DNA of 53,445 bases, counting the filler, from Thelocarpon superellum (taxonomy: Eukaryota), in assembly GCA_026025795.1 (NCBI GenBank). It is 2 parts of 2 records of this genome, joined end to end, with 100 filler letters (N's around TTAATTAATTAA, not from the genome) between each part and the next. Parts side by side here need not be neighbours in the genome. Positions count along the whole stretch, not along the records: positions 26,826 to 53,445 come from JAPEUG010000256.1; 1 more part is not named here. The stretch is one strand, 5' to 3'. Below, piece by piece: positions 37,437-48,193 of the stretch (the stretch's first letter is position 1; each line of letters starts with the position of its first letter). The notes beneath the pieces were generated by a model, which saw only the letters and a list, made by a program, of their open reading frames with translations, searched no databases and had not been told where the DNA came from. Made by a program: the position numbers and the translations under genes.

Positions 37437-39005
37437 TCACGACGCAAAGACCCGCACGTTGAGATCCACGCTCCCCGTCGCTATCACACAGCGAATGCTG
37501 GCCTTGGCCCCCGCATCGTCCTTCTTGCCGACGCCACTACCCGTCCCATTGACCGCGGTGGAAGCGGTAGCGCCGGCCGTGCCAGCGCCCGCGGCGTCGG
37601 CATGACCGTCGCCGTTGGGGAGGACGGGATCCTTGACGATGCTGGGCGCCCAGCGAATGGTGCTGATGAAGTGGCCGTGGGCGTCGTCGATGGTCTTGAC
37701 GCACTTGCCCTCCTGCGTCAGGTCCCAGCATCGGATGGTCTTGTCGTCGCTGACGCTGAGCAGATACTTGCCGCCGGGATGGAAGAGCAGGCTGCGTACC
37801 CAGTTGTCGTGCCCCACCAGCGTCTTGATCAGCGTGCCGCGCGCGTCCCAGAGCTTGATGCTCTTGTCCCGTGACCCCGTCGCCACAAATTCCGCCGAGC
37901 TGCTCGCCGGTGGAGCCTTCTTCAGCCCAGCCAGCGTGGCGAGATGAGGGTAGCTGCTGGCGGGGGCAAAGGCGCAGCATTCAATGACGTGCTCGTGCCC
38001 CAGAAAGGTGGCCCGGGCTTCGCCACTGCTGGCGTCCCACACACGCGCCGTTTGGTCGTTGCCCGCCGACAGCAACCATCGACCGTCAAAGGACGGCGCC
38101 ACATCCCGGACCCAGTCGGCGTGCCCGCGGATGGTCTTGAGGCAGTACCCCGTCGACACGTCCCAGATCCGTAGGGACTTGTCCCACGACGCCGAGACCA
38201 GGAGGTTGCCGCTGGATGGCGACCCGGCCGCACCACTCGGGATGAAGCGCACGGCGGAGACGGAGTGGTCGTGGCCCGGCAGGGTGCGGATGTTCTTGTA
38301 GTCGTCGCTGGGGTCCCACAGCTTGATGGTCAGGTCGCTCGAGCACGAGGCGAGCAAGGTGCCGCCGCGTGGCCCGCCAAAGTCGAGGTCGATGACGGCG
38401 CGAGTATGGCCCTTGATGGTCCGCTCGAGCTCGCCGAGCTCCCAGTCCCAAATCTTGATCGTCGCGTCCTCCGAGCCCGAGGCCAGGGAGGAGAAGATGG
38501 GATGGAAGGCGACGCAGGTGACGGGCGATCGATGTGACTGGAGGGTGTGTCGGGCGGGCGATCGTGGCAGCCAACTGACCGGATCTTGATTTCGTCGGGA
38601 GAGGGAGGTTGGCGTTGCGGAGTCCAGCTCAGCCTGCAGCGTGGTACACCGGTTCTCGAGGTCCATGATCTACGGAATCCCGTCAGCCCCGTGCCTGGTG
38701 CGCCCACGCCCACGCCCACGGCCACGCCCGCCATAAGCCCACCTTCTTTTGCAACCGCACGACACTGGTCCACTTCTTCTCCAACAATCCCTCGTATTTC
38801 TTTCTCGTGGCGTCGTCGAAGCCATCGCCCAGACTGAGTTCCTCTTGCAAGGCCGCGGCGCTGGTGGGGAGGTTGACCGAGGCCAGGTAGGCCACCATGG
38901 CCTTGTGTCTAGGGCCGTCAGCCGCATTCGTCACAGGCAGAGGAGCTGGCGTCAAGTCGGTACGTACAGTTCGTCGGCCTGCCGTGTGGTCAGGATCTGG
39001 CTCAT
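37437..39005 (-). CDS. nudF: dynein regulator LIS1/NudF/Pac1
   Basis: [21 protein letters not shown] (LisH), [24 protein letters not shown] and seven WD40 repeats. Introns 38909-38967 and 38670-38742. Confidence 0.96.
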
Positions 39006-39356
39006 GGTAGCGGTGGTGTGGTCTAGATGGTGGCGAGGCTGGGAGGGATTGCAGTGGGTACGTCGTCGTCGCCGGCGCCGGTGGAATTTCTTCTGGACCT
39101 CTGAGAGGCAGGTCCGTCGGACCAAGTCTTTCCTTTCTTTGTCCCACCGGCGATGGCGTGCAGCCCGTCTTCGCGGCCCTGGACCGAGGGCGCTGTCGTG
39201 AATCGAAGGCCAGGCAATTCACGCGAGCTGCCAGGTGCCAGGTGCCCGATGCCGCGTCCCAGATTTATTTGGGCCCAATCAGGCCAGGCTCACGTCTCCG
39301 GCACAGCAGATCTCTCGATCGAGTGATGATGCTCTGCAAGTCGGATCATTACTATC

Positions 39357-39392
39357 ATGAGCATGAGCATGAGCATGGGCATGGGCATGAGC
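39357..39392. repeat. (ATGAGC/ATGGGC)n hexamer repeat in the nudF-STU2 intergenic region
   Basis: Tandem ATGAGC x3, ATGGGC x2, ATGAGC. Confidence 0.8.
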
Positions 39393-40055
39393 GTTCCAGT
39401 GGCTCTGGCTCAGGCGGGCATGGTGTTGCTGATTACACGGCTGATGCCCCTGATCCCACCGGCATCTTTACATTCACGTTCACGTCCACCACAATCCTCA
39501 GACAGAACGCCAATCGCGAATCTGCCACTCGCGTCAAGGGCGACATGGGTCACCGTACTCGCCCCAGGCTGTCAGTCTCGTGTCGGTTACTGGAGAGACG
39601 GCCTACGGCGGAAGACAACCGAGGTGCAGGAGGGAGAGACCAGGTGAACGGGCGCCAGGGTCACCCCAGCCAAGCGAAGCTGCGCCCGACATGGATCTGC
39701 GTCGCCGTAATAACTTTGTTGACAGGCCTGCGATAGACATGGCACGAAGGTCAGAAGCCATCAGTGGCCATCGGTGGCCATCAATCACGCCACGCCACCA
39801 ATACCGACTCTGATATCACCTGACGGCCTTGACGAAGATACCCATCGGTTTCTTGCAGCCCCTTGACGACCAGGATCGCGAGTCTTCCTCCCTCCCCGCC
39901 GATACGTCGGACCCACACACCCGGCTCAGTTCGGTCCCAACGTAGCCGCCGAGTAATAGCGGTCACCAGGTCCAGTTGGCCCGCAGGCCATCGCGCTGCT
40001 TGTGTCCCTCATCACTTCTCTCCCCTCCCTTATTCTCTAGCGACAGCCCTACAAC

Positions 40056-42968
40056 ATGGCGGACGAGGAGCCCGACTACAGCTCTCTCCCCTTGACCGAG
40101 CGCTTCGTGCATAAGGTGCGTGCGCGACGTGGGGTGTCTGACGTGGGCCCGGACTGACCGCGTTAGGTGTGGAAAGTGCGCAAGCAAGCCTACGAAGACG
40201 CCGCGCGACAGTTCGAGGCCACTCCCGATGAAGCAGACCCCGCCTTCCGTCCCTTCCTCCAGGAGCCTGGACTATGGAAGGGCGCCGTCGCAGACTCCAA
40301 CGTGGCGGCCCAGCAAGATGGCATCAACGCCCTATGTGTCTTTCTCAAATTTGGCGGCCCGCAGGCATGCACCAGGTAGTCGCGCCAGCGCCCCCGCAGA
40401 TCGATGAGAGGATCATCACTGACGGGGACGCAGAACACGGAATCATACCGTCGCGCCCTTGGTGGAAAAGGGCTTGTCATCGACGCGAGCTGCCACGAAG
40501 AGCAGCGCGCTCGAAGCGTTGCTCCTGTACATCGAATTGGATGTGCCCGGCCCCATTGTCGACGACCTGCTTCCTCCCCTCTCCCACAAACAGCCCAAGA
40601 TCATCGCGGCCACCCTCGCCGCCTTGACGGCCATCTATCACGCGTACGGATGTCGCACGGCGGACCCGAAGCCCGTGCTGAAGACCCTACCCAAGATCTT
40701 CGGACACGCCGACAAGAACGTACGTGCCGAAGCGCAGAATCTCGTCGTCGAGCTCTATCGTTGGTTGCGCGAGGCGATGAAACCGACCTTCTGGAACGAC
40801 CTCAAGCCGGTGCAGCAGACCGATCTGGACGCGCTGTTTGAGAAGGTCAAGCAGGATCCCATGCCCAAGCAGGAGCGCTTGCTGCGGTCGCAGCAGGCTG
40901 TCGCCGCCGCCGCCGTCAGCTCGGGTCCTGCCGGCGATGCCGCGGGTGAGGAGGCGGACGAAGCCGAGGAAGAAGCCGAGGTCGAGGCCATTGACATCTT
41001 CGAGCCGGTGGACGTCATGCCGAAGGTGCCCAAGGATCTACACGAGAACCTGGCCTCGACCAAATGGAAGGACCGGAAGGACGGCCTGGACGGTTTGTAC
41101 GCGGCCGTCAACGTGCCGCGCATCAAGGACGGCGACTTTGCCGAGATCGTGCGCGCCTTGGCCAAGTGCATGAAGGACGCGAACATCGCCGTCGTCACTG
41201 TCGCTGCCAACTGTGTGGAGGTGCTGGCCAAGGGACTCCGCAAGGGCTTCAGCAAGTACCGCTCCACCGTCATGGCCCCGATGATGGAGCGACTGAAGGA
41301 GAAGAAGCAATCCGTCGCCGACGCCTTGGGTGCCGCCCTCGACGCCGTCTGCGCCTCGACGAGCCTGTCGGACTGTCTGGAAGAGACGCTGGGGTTCTTG
41401 AAGCACAAGAATCCGCAAGTCAAGGTGGAATCCGTACGCTTCCTGATCCGCAGCCTGCGCACCACCCGCGACGTGCCGTCCAAGGCCGAGGTCAAGCTCA
41501 TCTGTGACACGGTGACGAGCCTGCTGACGGAGTCGAGCGAGGTGTTGCGGGCCGCGGCGGCCGAGGTGTTGGGGACGTTGATGAAGATCCTGGGCGAGCG
41601 CGCCATGAATCCCTACCTGGACGGACTGGACGAGATTCGCAAGACCAAGATCAAGGAGTACTGCGAGTCGGCCCAGGTCAAGGCCAAGGACAAGCCCAAA
41701 CCGCCGCCGGCCGCTGCGCCGGCGAGGGTCTTTGCCTCGGGTCCCAGCAAGAAGGTCGTGGGCAAGAAGCCGGGTCCGGCAGTCAAGAAGGCGGCGCCCA
41801 GTCCTGCGCCCATCTTGGACGACACCCCGTTGAAGCCTCGGCCCACGGCAAGAGCCCCCGTATCCAAGCTGGTCGGTCCGCCCAAGTCGGGTCTTGCGGC
41901 GCCCAGCGGGGGATTGAAGCTACAACGAAAACTCGCGGGTCCTGGCGCCAGCACCCCTGGCATATCGACGCCCAAGCGACCCGTGTCACAGGTTTCGCTC
42001 CCGGATGAAGACGCTGCGCCGGCGCCGCCAAAGCTGGGACTGGGCGGACGAGGCCTGGCGGGCCGACCGCTCGGCAAGCCCGCGCTTCCCGCGAGCGCCT
42101 GTGAAACGGCGGTGCCGACGGCCGGCGCCTCCAACCTCAGCGTGCTCGAGCGGGCGGAGCTAGAGGAGTCGCGAGCGGAGAAGGAGCGCTTGCAGCGCGC
42201 GAACGAGGAGCTCCGAACGGAGCGATCGCGGCTCCACTCGCAGATCCACGAGCTACAGAACCAGAACGCGCAGCTGATCGAGGACCACACGCGCGACGTG
42301 CTCAGCATCAAGGCCAAGGAGACGCAGCTAGTGCGAGCACGTAGCGACGCCGAGGCCGCCGAGCAGATGTGCCAGAAGCAACAGCGCGAGATGGAGCGAC
42401 TGAAGCGAGAACTCAGCCGCGCCGTGCGCGCCACCAGCCCCGCCCCGGCGGACGTCAGCGAGCAGATCTACCGTGACGCCGGCGCCAACGCCGCACATGG
42501 CTACGCGCCGTCTTCGGGCCGACCCGGCGCCTCGTCCATCTCGTCGACGTCGCGACCCGCGGCCTTTTCCAGCCTCGGCGAGGAAAAGGAGAACGGCGAC
42601 CCCGACGCCCCGCACCCGCGCCGATCCAAGATGGCGTCGCCCCCGCCTAGCTTCTCGCGCCCGGTCTCTGGCATCATGGGTGGCCGTGGCAGCCCGACGG
42701 TCAGCGGGCGCGGTGACAGTCGGGAGAGTCGGGGCCGCCGCGACAGCCGCGATGGAGGGAGCGGCTCGGCCGGCGGCGAGGCGGCCAATGGTGGCGCGGG
42801 TATCGAGAGCTGGAAGCGCGCGGCAGAAGTGACGAGTCAACTCAAGGCGAGGATTGAGCAGATGAAGGTATGACGCCTTGTTTTCTTCCTGTGACCTTGT
42901 CCAGCGGCAGGAGACACCAAGGCTGACGATGGACGACGTAGGCACGTCAAGGGATTGCTCGGCCGTGA
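40056..42968 (+). CDS. STU2: XMAP215/Dis1 microtubule polymerase (TOG domains)
   Basis: SLPLTERFVHK|VWKVRKQAYE (TOG1), STKWKDRKDGL (TOG2), coiled coil and ESWKRAAEVTSQLKARIEQMK|ARQG. Introns 40116-40166, 40376-40433 and 42868-42941. Confidence 0.95.
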
Positions 42969-43395
42969 TGAATGAGGCATCGAGCAAGCTTAAGAAAGAC
43001 GTGACTTCGCCCCGTGCATCTGTGCGTTCTTGCTATCAGCGTTTCTTCTCCGTCTCTCTGTGGAGACTTCTTCAATTTCACGTCTTCTTCGCCTTTTCGC
43101 TACTACTGTGATGATTGTCGTATGTTACGTTGTTCGATTGATTGATTGATTGATTGATTCGGAGATTCCCAACCAAGACTAGTGGTAGTGATACATCCCG
43201 TCACAGTCCATGATTTACGATTCGCCATCCTTGTGCCCGCCGTCTCATGTAGATGCCTACCTTTATACTATACTGTATGTCGCCCGCAAGTCTACACACT
43301 CATCTCCGTACAAGCGAGAGGGTAGTGCAGGGATACAGTGAGCAATGCAGTAGGCGTGATGGATGGTTGTGCTGAAGTAGATGATGCTAGCTTGT

Positions 43396-43398
43396 CTG

Positions 43399-43442
<44 letters not shown>

Positions 43443-43471
43443 TCGCTCGCTCGCTCTCGCTCTCGCCCTCG
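43396..43471. repeat. (TC)n / (TCGC)n microsatellite between convergent genes
   Basis: Visible dinucleotide and tetranucleotide runs; a (GATT)n run also occurs at about 43137-43159. Confidence 0.9.
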
Positions 43472-43577
43472 CAATGGTGGCTAGTTGCTCACCCAATCTT
43501 CACATGTGAACCGGCTCTCTCTCCCTCCGCTTCTCTCCCCACCACTCAGCGAGTCACCGACCACCGTTCATCACCCC

Positions 43578-46434
43578 TCACCCCAATCCCTGGAAGAAAC
43601 GACACGCCTCCACGATATCGTCATCGCCATTGGCAAAGTCCCAGCCCATGATGTGCGGGTCCTGACTGCAGCAGATGACGCGACGGGCGTCAAACTGCAG
43701 CTTGAAGACGCGCGAGTTGCCGCCGTTGGGGCCCGGCGCGTGCAGCGCCGCGGGGGGATGATGCGCTGTTGCGGATCCAGCCCCGGCGGCGTGGGCAGCA
43801 GCCGGACCGGCCCCAGCCCCTGCGCCGGTAGCCGCACCAGCCCCCGTGCCCGCCGCAGCGGCGTGGTGATGGTGGTGGTGATGGTGATGATGCGCGGCCG
43901 CGTTGACGATGGCGTTCTGCGCTTGGGCCTGCTGATGCGCGCTGAGCTGCGCAAAGGCCTGCGCGAAGTTGACCGGCACGCCGCCCTGCGTGGCTGGGAA
44001 GGTCATCTGGAGCATTTGGTGCGTCTGCTGTGCCTGCACCATCTGTTGCTGGTGCGCCAGGAGTTGCTGTTGGAGTATCGGCGTGGGGGTTGGCTGGTGG
44101 TGTGGTGGGCTAGTCGGGGGGGGGCCCAGTGGCTGTGTGGTGGCGTTGGCGCCGGTGGCCGGAGGGCTCTGGTGGGCTGATGTAGATGCTGACGCTGGTG
44201 CTGGTGCGTGTCCTTGAGCCTGGTGTGACGGACCGGCCTGAGCGGGTGTCGGAGGTGGAGCAGCGGGAGCGGCGGCAGCTGCAGTAGCTGCTGCCGCCGC
44301 GAGTGAGAGATGGTGATGAGTGTGAGGTGCAGTCGCCGCATGCGCGGTGTGTCCCCGCGTGCTCCTCGTCGTGTCTTCTTGTCGTAAGCGATGGCCGACC
44401 ACCCACTTGCCCTCTTGATCCCGCTTCCAGATGATGACCGACTCGTCGTAGGAGCCGGACACGATCCGTCCCCACCGACTCCCCCCCCCACCAGGCGGCA
44501 AGGCCGCGCCCAGAGCCGTGATCTGCCGTGGGTCCCGCGAGCCAGCATTTCGCGCCCTGGCCGCCGCCGAGCCCACGGCGATCGGATCAAGCTCGCCCTT
44601 GTCGTGCGCGTCGAAGAAGGATTGATCCACCGCCCGTGCGTCCGCCCGGTCATCCTCTTCGCTGCCTGGAAGATCGCCAAAGCCCGCTTGCACCGTGCGC
44701 ACGAGATACTGATGTCCCAGGAGACATGCCACCTCGGCGCCCGTGACCCGATCAAAGATCTTGACGGTGTTGTCGCTGCTCCCGCTGACGATGCGGCGAC
44801 CGTCGAATTGGACGCACGCGATGCCTTTGTTGTGGCCGGGGATCGTCATGACGCACACGCCACTCTGCAGGTTCCAGATCTTGATGGTGCGGTCGCCCGA
44901 CGCCGACACAATCTGGTCGCCGTGCACTTGGATCGCATTGACCGCCGCGTTGTGTCCGTGGAGCGTCATCAGGTGGGAGAAGCGCGGGAGCGATGGGGGT
45001 CGCGGCGTGCTGCCCAAGTTTGCCTCGGCCGTCAGCGAGGGCCCGCCAACCATGCTGAGCACATGGGCCGGGAAGAAGGCGCCGCCATGTCCCGCCTGGG
45101 CCGCGCCGGCGGGGAAGTCGGGATCGGTGGCCGTCAGCTGCCGTCGGTTCCAGACGTTGACCGTCTTGTCCTTGGAGCAGGTGATGAGGTAGCGCTTATC
45201 GAAGCGGAGGTTGAGCACCGATTCAGTATGCGCCTGTCGGATCTTCTTGATCTTCTCGCCGGTGGAGAAGCGCCAGACAATGACGTCGGTGTCGCTGCTG
45301 CCGGAGATGATGAGGTCTTCGTCCTCGCTCGGGTCGAACTGCAGGCACAGCACAGAGCCGACGTGACCGAGCAACGGCTTCCGCACGAGCCGTCGCGTGT
45401 CCAGGTTCCAGATGCGCAAGCTCTTGTCGCGACTGCCGCTGACCAGATACTTGCCGCAGTACTGGATCGTGTACACGCACTCCACATGCCCTTCGTCCTC
45501 GTGATCCGGGTGCGGCAGTCGAAAGTTGACGAAGCGGCCGGCACTCCAGTTATCTTCCAATCGTCTCCGTTGCTTGTACAGATATTGCCATCCGAGCTTC
45601 CTCCGTCCCACCTCGGCCGCTACGGTCAGGGTCGGACGGATGGGAGTGGCCATGGACACGGCGGCGGCCATCGACGGATCCGGCGTGGCGTGAGTCGTCG
45701 CCGACGTCGACCGATCGCCCACATCCGTCATCTCTTGATCCTCGGGCGCGTCTGGAAGATTGGGGTCGCGACCCTCGGTAGGTCGCATCGGGCCCATCGC
45801 CCCCCCTCCACGTTGTAACTCCTCCTCGTACTGGCGCACCTCTCGGGCCTCGACCGCCCATCCTTCTCGACCATAGAGATCCTTCCACAGCCGTGAATCC
45901 ACCGCGCGTTCCCGCCAGGCCTTGGAGATGGCCGACGCAATGAGCAAGGCACGCGGCTCGAGGTAGGAGAAGATCTGAAACGTGAGCTCCGGAGGTAGAT
46001 AGTGGATCGGGTCGAGGTGCAGGATGGGATGCAGGCGTTCGATGATGGAGGTCATGGACGAGGCTCGAAGGGTCCGGAGGATGCTGTACGCCAATTCTAC
46101 CACCCGGCCTCCATTAGCCTGTAGTAGAGAGAGGAGGACGCGCGCCTGTGTCGAAATCGGGATCATGCTTACCGCTACGATCCGCCTCGGGCAAGGTGGT
46201 GATCCACGGGGGCAGCCCGACGTCCGTGGTGTCCATGGTCAGGTCGCCGGCGCGAGACGACGGGGTGAAGACGGCGGCATCGCTGCCGGCCTGACTCCGC
46301 GTCTCCTCGGAGTAGCCTTCGTCGACCTTGAAGGAGGTCTGCATGGGATCATGGGGGAGTGCGGAATGAAAGTGCGCGGCGCCGGCGGGAATGGTGCCGG
46401 CCGCGGAGACAGTTGGCAGGTTGGGGGGCATCAT
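43578..46434 (-). CDS. F-box/WD40 SCF substrate adaptor (FWD-1/Fbx23/Pof11-like)
   Basis: FKVDEGYSEETRS, F-box LDPIHYLPPELTFQIFSYL, WD40 repeats (GHVECVYTIQY, GHVGSVLCLQFD, GHNKGIACVQFD) and terminal RVFKLQFDARRVICCSQD. Intron 46097-46172. Confidence 0.9.
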
Positions 46435-48193
46435 GGTGGTGTTGTGCAGGCCGGCGCTTCCGCGAGGCGGTGATGATCCGCGTCGACGCAAGCACTCCAC
46501 CGAGGCCCGTCCAGAGTGGCGGCAGGCGGAAGACGCTCGTCGAGTGGACCGGATGGTCTAGTACATGCTGCCGGTATCGCCAGGCCGTCCCAATCGCTCT
46601 CCGAGCCCGGTGTCTCTGCCGTGATCGCGTCGGTCGTCGTGCACGCCGGACTCATCCTCATTCCAGGCAACCGCTCCATCACAACCATTAGGTAAGCGCG
46701 CATAATGCTCGTTTGTTGTTTGCGGGATGTCCTTAGCTAAGCAGTCGAGTGACGAGCGAGGGGCGAGGGGCGAACGAGCGCGAAGGTTATCTAACCTTTT
46801 CGCATGAATTCCACCTGGCCATTCATTCAGCCATTTCCCGCGGTCGGCGGTGTTAATTACGAGTGGCTAATCGGCCAGTGACGAGTCCTCTTTCCAAACC
46901 ATTATTGGTTTTTGGTCTTACGGCTCTCCTGTGTGGCTCTGGAATCCTTCACAGACGATGGGGACCGTAGAACCGATGCCTCATTGCGTATCTGTCTCGT
47001 CGCCGACCATCGAATCTGGTCGTCTTGGCGCACCTCGGGATCCCCCCACGCTCCAACCGGGCCGTGTGCACATTCACTGCGGACCGACGACTACATTTTC
47101 AGTCACCACGCGGTGATGAGCAGTTGGACCTACGTCCTTAGGCGAAACACCGGTGACGATGAGATCAAAGCACTCGCAACGGACTTTGTACCCGTCCAGG
47201 ACGTCCCATGTCCGTAAGGTCAGCTTGCATGGTACATGTACCTCCGCTCGATGGAGGCCGGAAGGCTCCGTAGGGTACTCGTACTTCACCTTCTCATACG
47301 CCCTTCCACGCGGCGCCACGCCGGACCCGACCCAAATCCCGAGTGTTTGAGACTAGACCGGAAGGGTTGACAGGCGTGAGACCAGTGCCGGCGTATCTGT
47401 TTCCACTCTTCCAGAAGCCACCCTCCACGTCTGGGTCGTCGGAGCCCCACCCCGCTTATGCGTCTCGCCGTCATGACAATTGGAGGGGTCGTGGAGGACG
47501 TTGATGACGTCCGTGGAGACGGAGCCAGAGGGTCTTGCGGGCGCGCGAGCATCGGTGCCGCCCGCGAGGAAGGACGGTGGCGGCCGTCACTACTGACTTC
47601 CCATGTCTCCCACCTCTCCCACGTTGTCTGGTGCGCGCCTCGTCGCTCGCCATTCGCGTTGGGGTTAAGCGCGCACGCCAACTGATCCGATCGGTGCAGG
47701 ACGCGGTGTAGGAGTAGCTTAGCGGAGGGTCAAGGACGGCGGACCCCGTAACGTAACTCGTCGTATCTTCCACTAGGCTGCCTGGGTCGTCGGAGGGGAA
47801 CAGCCGAGCGGTACAGCGGCGTCGGTGCGAAGCAGCAGCGCTAACATTGCCGCGTGGTACCTCTACCACGAGCGTGGGTACTCATGCCGGCACCGGCGTG
47901 GTACGAGGTACTTGCACCACCGTACCGCAGCGACTCCGGCGCCGCTGCATGGCCCTGCGCGCTCCCCTTGGGTGGTGCACGACAGACCCGATGGGCCTCA
48001 CGCCAGAGTCCACCACATTCACGTCCAGGCCCGTACCCATGTCCAGCCCTCACCTCACCTCCAGCCATCCACCTCACCCTCCTCACTCGTCTCATCCCAT
48101 CCGCCTCATCGGTACGCCTCCTGGGCTCACGGACCGTGCCCACGCCCGTCCGTCCCGGTCGGCCCATGCCCACGTAGGCTCGTCGCCGCCGTG

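Noticed and set aside
39323..39432. Box C (GTGATGA) and box D (CTGA) snoRNA candidate
   Set aside because: The interior is a simple hexamer repeat, with no terminal stem or recognisable rRNA guide.
44391..45818. Long antisense ORFs (475 aa here; also 33216-34391, 17863-19041, 16013-17062, 40755-41606, 41613-42434)
   Set aside because: They are shadows of GC3-rich genes on the opposite strand and contain no recognisable domains.
47113..47150. Hammerhead-like TGATGAG...CGAAAC
   Set aside because: It lacks the C of CUGANGA, stem II pairs poorly, and there is no correctly placed UH cleavage site.
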